Part shown: in pieces, positions 16,295 to 25,335 of the stretch
Numbering within the stretch: the first letter of the stretch is position 1
Layout of the letters: the number at the start of each line of letters is the position of its first letter
Source: an uncultured bacterium
GTDB taxonomy: Bacteria > Bacteroidota > Rhodothermia > Rhodothermales > DASSAV01
Direction of reading: 5' to 3'
DNA: 61,139 nucleotides
Assembly: GCA_965365445.1 (NCBI GenBank)
Contig: CBDUBS010000002.1
Span: 1-61,139, forward strand
Program-made: the position numbers and the translations under genes
The notes under the pieces: generated by a model
Told to the model about the DNA's origin: nothing
The model's database searches: none
What the model saw: the letters and a program-made list of their open reading frames with translations, nothing else

Positions 16295-18256
16295 ATGTCT
16301 CAAATCGCTGGCACTTCTCTTCACGAGCCCGGACACTTGTTAAAGCAGATCGATGGCCCGGCGGACTTGCGCAAGCTCCCGGTGGATCAACTGCCGGAAG
16401 TATGCCGGCAACTGCGGGATTACATTATCGATGTAGTCGCCGTGCATGGTGGACACTTCGGGGCCTCTCTGGGAGCCGTAGAATTGACGGTCGCCGCTCA
16501 CTACGCCTTCAGCACGCCGCACGATCTGCTCGTATGGGACGTGGGACATCAGGCATACGGACACAAAATATTGACCGGCCGCCGGGATCAGTTTCCTACG
16601 AACCGATATCAGGGTGGACTCTCCGGATTCCCGAAACGTTCAGAGTCGGAATGCGACACCTTCGGGGTAGCGCACGCCTCTACCTCCATATCGGCGGCGC
16701 TCGGAATGGCGAAGGCCCGGGACCTGAAGGGGACGGATCAACGGGTATTAGCCGTTGTGGGTGACGGAGCCTTGACGGGCGGACTGGCATTCGAAGGGTT
16801 GAACAACGCAGGTTCGAGCAAGTCGGATCTGCTCGTAGTGCTCAACGACAACCGAATGTCGATCGACCCCAACGTGGGAGCGCTTAACGAGTACCTGGCG
16901 GATATCACATCCGGCGCCCGATGGAATCAGTTCCGGGACGACGTATGGGACTTCCTTGAAAAACTGAAAGGCAAGGGCGGACGGACCCTGCAGCGGGTAG
17001 CCGCCCGCCTCGAAGAAGGGATCAAGGCGGCCGTAACACCGGGCGGCCTGTTCGAGGCGCTCGGGTTTCGCTATTTCGGCCCCGTAGACGGCCACGACGT
17101 TGCTCAACTCGTAGACATCATGGCGGATCTGCGGCGCTTGAGCGGGCCTGTCTTCCTTCATACGGTTACCGTAAAAGGCAAAGGGTTTGCCCCTGCCGAA
17201 CGCGACCAGGTGAAATGGCATGCCCAAAGCTCGCCTTTCGACAAGGTGACCGGCTCTTCACTCAGAGTTGCCGCGTCAGATACCGCACCATCGGCGCCGG
17301 CATGGCAGGATGTGTTCGGAAAAGCGCTGCTCGAAATGGCCCGGGCGGATAAACGAATCGTCGGGATAACCGCGGCGATGCCGAGTGGAACCGGCATCAA
17401 GCATATGCTGGATGAACTCCCCGAACAAACGTTCGATGTAGGAATCGCAGAAATGCACGCAGTCGTATTCGCAGCGGGCCTCGCCACACAGGGATTGAAA
17501 CCCGTAGTAGCCATATACTCCTCTTTCCTTCAACGGGCCTTCGACGGAATCGTACATGACGTAGCCTTGCAGAACTTACCGGTCGTTTTCTGCCTCGACC
17601 GGGCCGGTGTGGCCGGGGCCGACGGCCCCACCCACCACGGAGCTCTCGATATAGCGTACCTGCGGAGCGTTCCGGGGATGATCCTGTCGGCGCCACTCGA
17701 TGAACAGGATCTGCGCGACCTTATGTGGACGGCTTTGCATCGGGCCGACGGTCCTTTCGCCATCCGATATCCGCGCGGCAGTGCTACGGGGATGCCTCTC
17801 CGCCCGGGTTTCACCGAGATAGAGATTGGAAAGGGCAGGCGTCTTCGAGAGGGTACGGATGTAGCCATCCTGTCTTATGGCGCCATTGGAGCGTACGTCT
17901 CGGAAGCGTGTACGAAACTGGACGAGATCGGCCTGCATCCGGCTCATTATGATCTGCGTTTCTGCAAGCCTCTCGACGATCAATTGCTCCACGAGGTGTT
18001 CCAGAAGTACCCTAACGTCGTCACGATCGAGGACGGCGCCATACCTGGAGGGGCAGGAAGCGCGGTCCTGGAATGGATGGTAGATCACCGGTATCAGTCC
18101 CGTGTCGTGCGTATGGGGTTGCCCGACGGTTTCGTGGAACATGGAACGCAGCGGGACCTGCACGACCTGGTAGGAATCGGACCGGAAGGAATTATGCGTC
18201 AGATCCTCTCGCTGACCGTTTCCAACCAGACGGCCCCTATGAAAATAGCCCTGTAA
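16295..18256 (+). CDS. dxs: 1-deoxy-D-xylulose-5-phosphate synthase
   Basis: 653 aa. GHFGASLG, TPP-binding VVGDGALTGGLAFEGLNN, and transketolase-like C-terminal domains. Confidence 0.97.
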   Translation: MSQIAGTSLHEPGHLLKQIDGPADLRKLPVDQLPEVCRQLRDYIIDVVAVHGGHFGASLGAVELTVAAHYAFSTPHDLLVWDVGHQAYGHKILTGRRDQFPTNRYQGGLSGFPKRSESECDTFGVAHASTSISAALGMAKARDLKGTDQRVLAVVGDGALTGGLAFEGLNNAGSSKSDLLVVLNDNRMSIDPNVGALNEYLADITSGARWNQFRDDVWDFLEKLKGKGGRTLQRVAARLEEGIKAAVTPGGLFEALGFRYFGPVDGHDVAQLVDIMADLRRLSGPVFLHTVTVKGKGFAPAERDQVKWHAQSSPFDKVTGSSLRVAASDTAPSAPAWQDVFGKALLEMARADKRIVGITAAMPSGTGIKHMLDELPEQTFDVGIAEMHAVVFAAGLATQGLKPVVAIYSSFLQRAFDGIVHDVALQNLPVVFCLDRAGVAGADGPTHHGALDIAYLRSVPGMILSAPLDEQDLRDLMWTALHRADGPFAIRYPRGSATGMPLRPGFTEIEIGKGRRLREGTDVAILSYGAIGAYVSEACTKLDEIGLHPAHYDLRFCKPLDDQLLHEVFQKYPNVVTIEDGAIPGGAGSAVLEWMVDHRYQSRVVRMGLPDGFVEHGTQRDLHDLVGIGPEGIMRQILSLTVSNQTAPMKIAL

Positions 18257-18271
18257 TCCCGATTACCTTAA

Positions 18272-18790
18272 ATGAACCACTCCCTGCTTTTTCCCGAGTT
18301 GCCTGATCGGGCTCAGGTCTGGACTTACGGCGCTCGACGCCCCGTGCCCGCCGACGTACGGCAGCGGCTCGTCGAAGGGTTACGAACCTTTATGGCGCAC
18401 TGGACTTCACACGGCAGGGCGGTACAGTGCGCTGTCCAGTTCCTCTATGATCGCTTCCTTGTCATTGCGGCCTACGTTCCCGGCGATGCTCTCTCCGGCT
18501 GCGGAGTGGATGCCTCGACCGACGCCGTCGCGGACATATCCGAAGCGCTTGGCATCGAGTGGGCCGGACCGCTCGACGTGTTTTACCGCGCCGGTCACGA
18601 CGAGATCATCTCTGTCTCCCGCTCAGAGTTCCGCACCCGGTCTTCCAGCGGCATGATTACCGGAGACACCGTCGTGTTCGACCTTTCCGTTACGACGCTC
18701 GGCGAATTGAGAAACGGCCGGTGGGAAACCGAAGCGGCTGCCTCCTGGCACCATAGGCTGCTTGCCGGGGAAACCCTGCGTGAAGCCTGA
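18272..18790 (+). CDS. Conserved hypothetical protein
   Basis: 172 aa, starting 15 nt after the dxs stop. The pattern VW.Y...R......L..F...W.SHG...........F......SGC..DAS......W....SWH.RL matches, from memory, a small Bacteroidota family often mislabelled ABC transporter ATPase. There are no Walker motifs. Confidence 0.6.
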   Translation: MNHSLLFPELPDRAQVWTYGARRPVPADVRQRLVEGLRTFMAHWTSHGRAVQCAVQFLYDRFLVIAAYVPGDALSGCGVDASTDAVADISEALGIEWAGPLDVFYRAGHDEIISVSRSEFRTRSSSGMITGDTVVFDLSVTTLGELRNGRWETEAAASWHHRLLAGETLREA

Positions 18791-19038
18791 CTTCTTCTCT
18801 GCCAGGTAAAAAGTGGACGAATACTGGTTCCGCTGCTCACTTTGCCGCTCGATTTGCAGGATTTTTTCCCTGTTTGTACGCTGATTGGAGTCACGTCACC
18901 CTCCTGTGCCTGATCTGGTAAAGGATTTGCTATACCAATCCTGAACTGCCCGAAACGTCCTGCTTCGCGGAAACCCTGGGAGTTGAAAACAGTGAGAGTA
19001 GCGGCGGGTAGTTCCACGTCATCTCATCAGGAAATCAT

Positions 19039-20019
19039 ATGCCTTCTATATTAAACTGGAAAGAACTTCGGCAGGGAATGGCCCTGCTGATTGGAGCCTT
19101 GCTCGTATCAGCAGGGCCTGTTCTCGGACAGTCGTACATCAACCAGACGGAAGTCGAGGAAGTGCTGACGACACACCGGGTCGAGGATCTCGATGAATTG
19201 CCGGAGGTGTACTATGACTACTACATCCTTGATGACTCTACGGGAAACAAGGTGTGGGCCCGAAACCGTTTTTACATCTGGCTAGGCCAAGGCAACGCCG
19301 ACGAGGGCAGAAAGCGCTCGAAGCTGGTAGAATTGCTCAACAGGCGGCTCATGGAAGAGGTGGAACTGGGCGATACGCTGGTGGTGCCCCAGCAGTTCGA
19401 TCTGGACTTCCGGGCGTATTCCCCTTTCCCGTTATACTACCCGGGCGCCCGCAACGAAAAGAAGCTTTTCATCATTCATAAATCCATCCAGGCGTTTGCC
19501 GCTTATGAGCACGGCAAACTGACCCGGTGGGGCATCGTCAATACGGGCGCCGAGGATTCCAGAACGCCTAATGGACGGTACAACTTCAACTGGAAGGTGC
19601 CATACCGCGTCTCATCCCTCAGTCCCGACGAAGAGCCGTGGGAAATGTACTGGGTTTTCAACATCCACAACGAACGCGGGATACACGTCCATCAGTACAT
19701 TATGCCTACGGGCGGCCCGACGAGTCACGGCTGCGTGCGCCTCATCGACAACGATGCCCGCTGGATATACGAGTGGGCAGACCCCTGGAAAACCAAAAAG
19801 GGGCACGGTGAGGAATCCATGACGGCGCCGGTGCTGGAGCTCGGCACCGTGGTGCTCGTACTGGGCGATGACCCCGTAGGACTGCCCCATCCGTTCGAGT
19901 ACAAGAAACGGTTTCCATTACTCGCCCGAATCGAACTGCCTCTGGATCCTTACGATGTCCCGGCCGGAACGGACCTGCAGAAACGTTTTGATGCTCGCCG
20001 TTTGAAGGCATCCCGATAA
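19039..20019 (+). CDS. L,D-transpeptidase family protein (YkuD domain), secreted
   Basis: 326 aa. N-terminal signal-like helix, and the catalytic motif GGPTSHGCVRL. Confidence 0.85.
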   Translation: MPSILNWKELRQGMALLIGALLVSAGPVLGQSYINQTEVEEVLTTHRVEDLDELPEVYYDYYILDDSTGNKVWARNRFYIWLGQGNADEGRKRSKLVELLNRRLMEEVELGDTLVVPQQFDLDFRAYSPFPLYYPGARNEKKLFIIHKSIQAFAAYEHGKLTRWGIVNTGAEDSRTPNGRYNFNWKVPYRVSSLSPDEEPWEMYWVFNIHNERGIHVHQYIMPTGGPTSHGCVRLIDNDARWIYEWADPWKTKKGHGEESMTAPVLELGTVVLVLGDDPVGLPHPFEYKKRFPLLARIELPLDPYDVPAGTDLQKRFDARRLKASR

Positions 20020-20040
20020 CCGGGTGACGGTACTTAAAAG

Positions 20041-20086
20041 AAGGGAGCGCTCGCCCATACAAGGCGAGCGCTCCCTTCTTTTTTTT
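20041..20086. terminator. Bidirectional rho-independent terminator shared by the L,D-transpeptidase gene (+) and lepB (-)
   Basis: Perfect 15-bp stem AAGGGAGCGCTCGCC / GGCGAGCGCTCCCTT (20041..20055, 20063..20077) with a 7-nt loop. A run of 8 T follows on the + strand, and AAAAG precedes the stem. Confidence 0.85.
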
Positions 20087-20097
20087 AATCTCGAAGA

Positions 20098-21231
20098 TCA
20101 GTCGATCAGCCTGAACATGCGGCCGATGCGAGGCAGCTTACGGGCCGCATCCCAGGAGAAGTAGACGAGAATGGCTTTGCCAACGATGTGGTCCATCGGG
20201 ACGAACCCCCAGAAACGGCTGTCTTCCGAGTTATCCCGGTTGTCGCCCATGACGAAGAAATAATCCTGTTCGAAGGTATAGGTATCGGAAGTTACGCCGT
20301 CTATCTGGAACGTGCCGTCGGCGAGCTGGACGGCGCTATGGCCTTCGTACTTCTCGATGACCGGCGCGTATGCGGCCCACGTTACGGCGGTGAGAGGAAT
20401 CGTCGCCCCTTCTCTGGGTATGGTAATCGGGCCGTAATTATCGGGCGTGTATCCTCTTCCTGCCGGATACATCAAGGAGCTATACCCGGCGTCTGCCGGA
20501 GCTACGTAGGGTTCTACCCGATCGATGTAAGGAAGCGCCCGTATGTCTTCGACGGCATCCGGCGTTCCCACGACGCGGATCAGCAGGGGATCTCGCGTGG
20601 CTGAGGCCTCGGTTATTCCAAGCATACGAAGCCGCTCCTCACTCAGCACTACGTTTTCATCCTTCTTGTATACGTTCCAGTACTGCTGCATGGTAGCCTT
20701 GAGCGGCTGGGCGACACCGTCGATAAGAACCGTTTTGTCACGCACTTCGAGTATTTCACCCGGCATCCCTACGACGCGTTTGATGTAATGCATCTTGCGG
20801 TCAACCGGCTTGTTCTCCGGCGGGTAGTTGAATACGATGGCATCTCCCCGCTTTACGTCCGCAAAGCCCGGCAACCGGGTGTGGGGGATCTCTATCCCAT
20901 CCATGTATATTTGCGTAAAGGGTATACCGATACTTATGGGCGTGCGCGTTCCGTAATTGAGTTTTGACACGAACAGATAATCGCCAACGAGCAGGCTTTT
21001 TTCCATCGAAGGTGTAGGGATCCGGAACAGATCGAAGATGAACGTCCGGACGATTAGCATCACCACGATGGCGAAGATGAGCGCGTCGCCCCACTCTCGG
21101 ATTTTCCCTTTCTGCCGCGGCTGGTCCCCGGCGCCGGATGGTTTACCGTTCCGGGCTGCGGAGGCAGCACCGGCCTTTCCTTTTGCAGCTGAAGGCTGGT
21201 CTTTCTTGCGAGACTTTTGCAGGATATCCAA
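20098..21231 (-). CDS. lepB: Signal peptidase I
   Basis: 377 aa. Catalytic Ser box PSMEKSL, Lys box KRVVGMPGE, and GDNRDNSEDSRFWGFVP. Confidence 0.93.
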   Translation of the reverse strand: MDILQKSRKKDQPSAAKGKAGAASAARNGKPSGAGDQPRQKGKIREWGDALIFAIVVMLIVRTFIFDLFRIPTPSMEKSLLVGDYLFVSKLNYGTRTPISIGIPFTQIYMDGIEIPHTRLPGFADVKRGDAIVFNYPPENKPVDRKMHYIKRVVGMPGEILEVRDKTVLIDGVAQPLKATMQQYWNVYKKDENVVLSEERLRMLGITEASATRDPLLIRVVGTPDAVEDIRALPYIDRVEPYVAPADAGYSSLMYPAGRGYTPDNYGPITIPREGATIPLTAVTWAAYAPVIEKYEGHSAVQLADGTFQIDGVTSDTYTFEQDYFFVMGDNRDNSEDSRFWGFVPMDHIVGKAILVYFSWDAARKLPRIGRMFRLID

Positions 21232-21269
21232 CTTCGTATACCGTATTTAGCGGGGCACGCCGGTTTCCA

Positions 21270-22058
21270 TTATTTGATGATCCGAGGCCTCCCGAAGGAT
21301 AGGTCCGGCGGGGCAATCCGATCCGTAAAGTATCTGCGGCCATCATAGCCCGTACGGTACCACTGGCGTTCCTCCGACAGAAAATAATAATCGATGTAGG
21401 TTTCACGTCGGCCCTCCGCCATGATTCGGGCGTAGAGTTCCCGGCGAAGGTCATATAACTGGTTTCTATATTCCTGGCTCGTCGCAACAACCACGCCACG
21501 GTCGAAGGGTCCGTTAACGTCCATGACAAGCAAAGGGATGGTATCGTTTGCGATCAACCAGTACTCAAACTGTATGTATTCTTCGGTCCGCGAGCCCGGC
21601 CGGGCGCGAGACTCTGCCACGGTTTGTGTGGGCGCTCCGAAAGCCGCCTCCATCCGCGCCCGCAATTCGCGCGTCCAGGTGGTATCCAGCCCCTGATGCA
21701 ATGTGGTGCCGCTGTAAGCCCATCGAATTCTCGGAAACCGTTTCTCGAACCAGAATCGTTCCAATCGCCTGACAGGCCGCCATTCCGTTACCGCGAGCGC
21801 AGGCTCCTGAGGCGTTTCAACGACCAGTGTTTCAGCCGGCGGATTAATCAAGGAAAGCCAGTGCCGAACGGCATCCGAGCGAGGAGGCAACGAAACGAGC
21901 CCTTCGGGTAGTACGCGCATTCCTCGCTGTTTGAATATTTCCCTCGCCTGCGCCTCGAAATGCGCCTTCTGGTACATTTCGATCAAGTTCTGACCGGATG
22001 CACCCTGCGCCAGTACCAGGGTCAGCACGAATCCGAGGCAGAAACGTTTCACCAACAT
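21270..22058 (-). CDS. Hypothetical secreted protein
   Basis: 262 aa from the ATG (the ORF-track TTG start at 22103 would overlap the lepA stop). Signal peptide MLVKRFCLGFVLTLVLAQGASGQ. I recognise no domain. Confidence 0.55.
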   Translation of the reverse strand: MLVKRFCLGFVLTLVLAQGASGQNLIEMYQKAHFEAQAREIFKQRGMRVLPEGLVSLPPRSDAVRHWLSLINPPAETLVVETPQEPALAVTEWRPVRRLERFWFEKRFPRIRWAYSGTTLHQGLDTTWTRELRARMEAAFGAPTQTVAESRARPGSRTEEYIQFEYWLIANDTIPLLVMDVNGPFDRGVVVATSQEYRNQLYDLRRELYARIMAEGRRETYIDYYFLSEERQWYRTGYDGRRYFTDRIAPPDLSFGRPRIIK

Positions 22059-22099
22059 GGTTCGATTACGTTTACCGGAAAAGCGATCAATGACAGGTT

Positions 22100-23908
22100 T
22101 CAATCTTCCATGGACAGAACGGCCAGAAAAGCCTCCTGCGGGAGCTCCACGCGCCCGACCTGTTTCATGCGCTTTTTCCCCTCTTTTTGCTTCTCCAATA
22201 GTTTGCGTTTACGCGATATATCCCCACCATAGCACTTGGCCGTGACATCCTTGCGCATCGCCTTGACCGTTTCGCGTGCGATCACGCGCGTCCCGATGGA
22301 CGCCTGTACCGCTACCTCGAACATCTGCCGCGGAATGAGTTCCTTTAGCTTGCGTGTGAGCTTGCGCCCCATGTCGTACGCCTTATCCCTGTGCACGATC
22401 GTGGAGAGTGCATCGACGGGTTCGCCGTTGATCATGACGTCCAGTTTTACGAGTGCACCTTCACGGTAGTCCATGAACTCGTAATCGAAGGAAGCATATC
22501 CACGGCTGACGCTTTTGAGCTTGTCGTAATAGTCGAATACGATCTCCGCCAGCGGCAGTTCGTAGTGGAGACTGACCCGTTCCGTATCCAGATACTGCGT
22601 GTTGACGTACACCCCTCTACGCTCCTGGCACAGTTGCATCAGGTTTCCGATGTACTCGGTAGGCGTAATGATCTCCGCCTTGACGAACGGCTCTCGGATA
22701 CTTTCATATTTGCCGGTATCGGGAAGGCTGCTCGGGTTATCTACGATGATGACTTCCTGATCGGGCAGGATTACTTCGTACTTGACGTTCGGAACGGTAG
22801 TAATGATATCCAGTCCGAACTCCCGATCCAACCGTTCCTGCACGATTTCCATGTGCAGCAAACCCAGGAACCCCACGCGGAACCCGAATCCAAGAGCGGC
22901 CGACGTTTCGGGCTCATACGTAAGCGAGGCATCGTTTAGTTGCAATTTATCCAGCGAGGCTCGTAAATCTTCGAAGTCGTCTGTGTTCGTAGGATACACG
23001 CCACTGAACACCATCGGTTTGACCTCCCTGAATCCGCGAATCGGTTCCTCGGCGCCGTGGCGGGCCGTGGTAATGGTGTCACCTACCCGGGTATCCCGTA
23101 CGTCCTTCACCGAACCGATAATGTATCCGACCTCGCCAGCCTTTAGCTCATCGAGTGGAAACATGTTTAGCCGAAGGAAACCCACCTCCTCGGCGTCGTA
23201 CTCCTTTCCGTTGGACATGAACCGCATCCGATCCCCTTTACGAAGGACCCCCTCGAAGATGCGGGCATACACGATTGATCCCCGGTATGTGTTGAATACG
23301 GAGTCGAAGATTAGCGCTCGCAACGGCGCCTCCCGGTTGCCGCGCGGAGCAGGGATCTTGCTCACCACCCGCTCCAGCACTTCCTCCACCCCCTCCCCTG
23401 TTTTGGCGCTGATGCGCAATACGTCGCTTGCCGTATCACCGATCAAATCCTCGATGGTCTTGGCAACGATTTCGGGCCGCGCGCTCGGCAGATCGACCTT
23501 GTTCATCACCGGAATGATCTCCAGATCGTGATGCAGGGCGAGGTAGAGATTGGATAGCGTCTGGGCCTCTATCCCCTGCGAGGCATCGACGACCAGTATC
23601 GCTCCCTCGCAGGCTTCCAACGCTCGCGATACCTCGTACGAGAAGTCGACGTGGCCGGGGGTATCGATCAGATTCAGGATGTATTCCCGGCCGTCGCGGG
23701 CCCGGTAATCCATCCGCACGGCGTGGCTTTTTATCGTAATCCCTCGCTCTCGCTCGAGGTCCATACTGTCCAGCACCTGGGCCTGCAAATCCCGCTGGGA
23801 AATGGTTCCGGTAAGCTCCAGCATACGGTCGGCAAGGGTGCTCTTGCCGTGGTCGATATGAGCGATGATACAAAAGTTGCGTATGCGATCCTGTGCGAGC
23901 ATGGACAC
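22100..23908 (-). CDS. lepA: Translation elongation factor 4 (LepA)
   Basis: 602 aa. GTPase motifs AHIDHGKST and DTPGHVDF, and the LepA-specific C-terminal domain. Confidence 0.98.
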   Translation of the reverse strand: MSMLAQDRIRNFCIIAHIDHGKSTLADRMLELTGTISQRDLQAQVLDSMDLERERGITIKSHAVRMDYRARDGREYILNLIDTPGHVDFSYEVSRALEACEGAILVVDASQGIEAQTLSNLYLALHHDLEIIPVMNKVDLPSARPEIVAKTIEDLIGDTASDVLRISAKTGEGVEEVLERVVSKIPAPRGNREAPLRALIFDSVFNTYRGSIVYARIFEGVLRKGDRMRFMSNGKEYDAEEVGFLRLNMFPLDELKAGEVGYIIGSVKDVRDTRVGDTITTARHGAEEPIRGFREVKPMVFSGVYPTNTDDFEDLRASLDKLQLNDASLTYEPETSAALGFGFRVGFLGLLHMEIVQERLDREFGLDIITTVPNVKYEVILPDQEVIIVDNPSSLPDTGKYESIREPFVKAEIITPTEYIGNLMQLCQERRGVYVNTQYLDTERVSLHYELPLAEIVFDYYDKLKSVSRGYASFDYEFMDYREGALVKLDVMINGEPVDALSTIVHRDKAYDMGRKLTRKLKELIPRQMFEVAVQASIGTRVIARETVKAMRKDVTAKCYGGDISRKRKLLEKQKEGKKRMKQVGRVELPQEAFLAVLSMED

Positions 23909-24110
23909 GGAACGGTATATATAAATGTGCGGAAGTAATGCGCGGTCGAAAGGAACCGGATTACCTCCGCGAAATCAGTTGAAACGGAACCTGTATTCCT
24001 GTGTTCGGGTCGGGGTTTAAAACAGGCACGCCCCTACCGGTTCCGCGTTCGCCAAATATTGGGATGGGATATGGTTTACCGGCGAAAAGCGTTCCTTCCA
24101 CATTTCCGGT

Positions 24111-24746
24111 TCAGTCCGCAAGCCTTGCGGAAGAAGCCGTAACGGCGCCCTCCCCTGCGTCATCCGGGCGCATGGGATCCGACGTCGTCGGCTCGTTCTT
24201 CAATCCGGACAGTTGCTCCTGCTCGTGGTGAAACTGCTTCTGGAATATCAGAATCCCGATCACTCCGCCCACGATTACCATGTCCGCTACGTTCCAGATG
24301 GGAAACAGCGCCATGTAGCTGCCGCCGATAACGGGCAGGGCATCGGGAAGGTATCCTCGCCACACGTTGACATGGATGAAATCCACGACCTTTCCGGTAA
24401 AAAGGCCGTCCCCATGCACCAGCATACCGTAGAATACTCGGTCGATGATGTTGCCGACGGCGCCCCCGAGGATACCGGCCAGGCTGGCCCGGTACGGCCA
24501 GTAACTGCGCCGCACCATCACCATATAGGTCACGATCAGAACGGTAGCGATGATCGAAAACATCGTCACCATACCGGCCGGGCCGAAGTTGATCCCGAAG
24601 GCCATGCCCGGGTTTTCCGTAAAGGTAAGCCGGAGCCAGTCGCCGATGACGGGGATCGATTCGCCGCGGTACATCGTGTGCAACACGATCTGCTTGGTGA
24701 TCTGATCCACCACAACGACCGCGAACGAAATCCAGAGTACGCGCAT
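24111..24746 (-). CDS. lspA: Lipoprotein signal peptidase (signal peptidase II)
   Basis: About 211 aa from the ATG. Motifs NPGMAFG, VGNIIDRVFYG and VVDFIH, plus a hydrophilic tail of about 39 aa. Confidence 0.9.
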   Translation of the reverse strand: MRVLWISFAVVVVDQITKQIVLHTMYRGESIPVIGDWLRLTFTENPGMAFGINFGPAGMVTMFSIIATVLIVTYMVMVRRSYWPYRASLAGILGGAVGNIIDRVFYGMLVHGDGLFTGKVVDFIHVNVWRGYLPDALPVIGGSYMALFPIWNVADMVIVGGVIGILIFQKQFHHEQEQLSGLKNEPTTSDPMRPDDAGEGAVTASSARLAD

Positions 24747-24786
24747 GGGCAAAAACCGAAGCCGCCAGTGAGAGGGTATCCTACTG

Positions 24787-25287
24787 CTATCGTTTCTGCT
24801 TCAGCTTGGCCTCGATGGAGATTTCGGTGTGGGGTACGGCCTCCAGGCGCTCCTTGGAGATCATCTTACCCGTTACCTTGCACACGCCGTACGTTTTGTT
24901 TTCAACGCGTTCCAGCGCTCTATCCAGATATCCGACGTAACGCTGCTGCCGGGCGATCATCAGATAAAGCTTCTCGCGTTCCATGGCGTCGGTGCCGGCA
25001 TCGGCCATGTGGAAACTGTATGCCGTATCGTTCTCGAATTGCTCCCTGGCATCCTCCAGTTGCATACGCATCCGGTCGATGTCCTCGATGGCGGCTTCTC
25101 GTTTTTCCAGAATCAGGTTCTTGAAATAGGCCAGTTCCTCGTCGGAGAAGTCCGTTTTACGCCGTATTTCGCCGGACGTCTGGAGCTCTTCTTTCCCTTC
25201 CTCCACCCTGCCCTCTTCTACACTCTCATCAGGCAGGGGAACGGACATGAGGCGGGATTCGAGACGGGGTCCTTTTTTCTCAGGCAT
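24787..25287 (-). CDS. DksA/TraR-family protein (Bacteroidota type, incomplete Cys4)
   Basis: 166 aa. Coiled-coil region plus C-terminal YGVCKVTGKMISKERLEAVPHTEISIEAK. It sits between ileS and lspA. Confidence 0.8.
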   Translation of the reverse strand: MPEKKGPRLESRLMSVPLPDESVEEGRVEEGKEELQTSGEIRRKTDFSDEELAYFKNLILEKREAAIEDIDRMRMQLEDAREQFENDTAYSFHMADAGTDAMEREKLYLMIARQQRYVGYLDRALERVENKTYGVCKVTGKMISKERLEAVPHTEISIEAKLKQKR

Positions 25288-25335
25288 ATTCTGTTACTCG
25301 CAAATGAAAACGACGATCGTACGATAATAACGGGT

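Noticed and set aside
18881-18947. TPP-riboswitch-like string (…CTGATTGGAG…ACCC…CCTGATCTGGTA…TACCA…) between the dxs-linked ORF and the L,D-transpeptidase gene
   Set aside because: The invariant CUGAGA is replaced by CTGATT, and the 3' side after the TGGTA/TACCA stem (ATCCTGAAC) cannot form the expected P4 pairing. The downstream gene also has no link to thiamine. I treat it as a chance resemblance; a covariance-model scan would settle it.
23951-24043. 8-bp inverted repeat GGAACCGG … CCGGTTCC enclosing ~75 nt between lspA and lepA, considered as a possible structured RNA
   Set aside because: The arms are short, the internal pairing is weak and discontinuous, and there is no recognisable motif. 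It is more simply the lspA 3' region plus the lepA promoter and leader.
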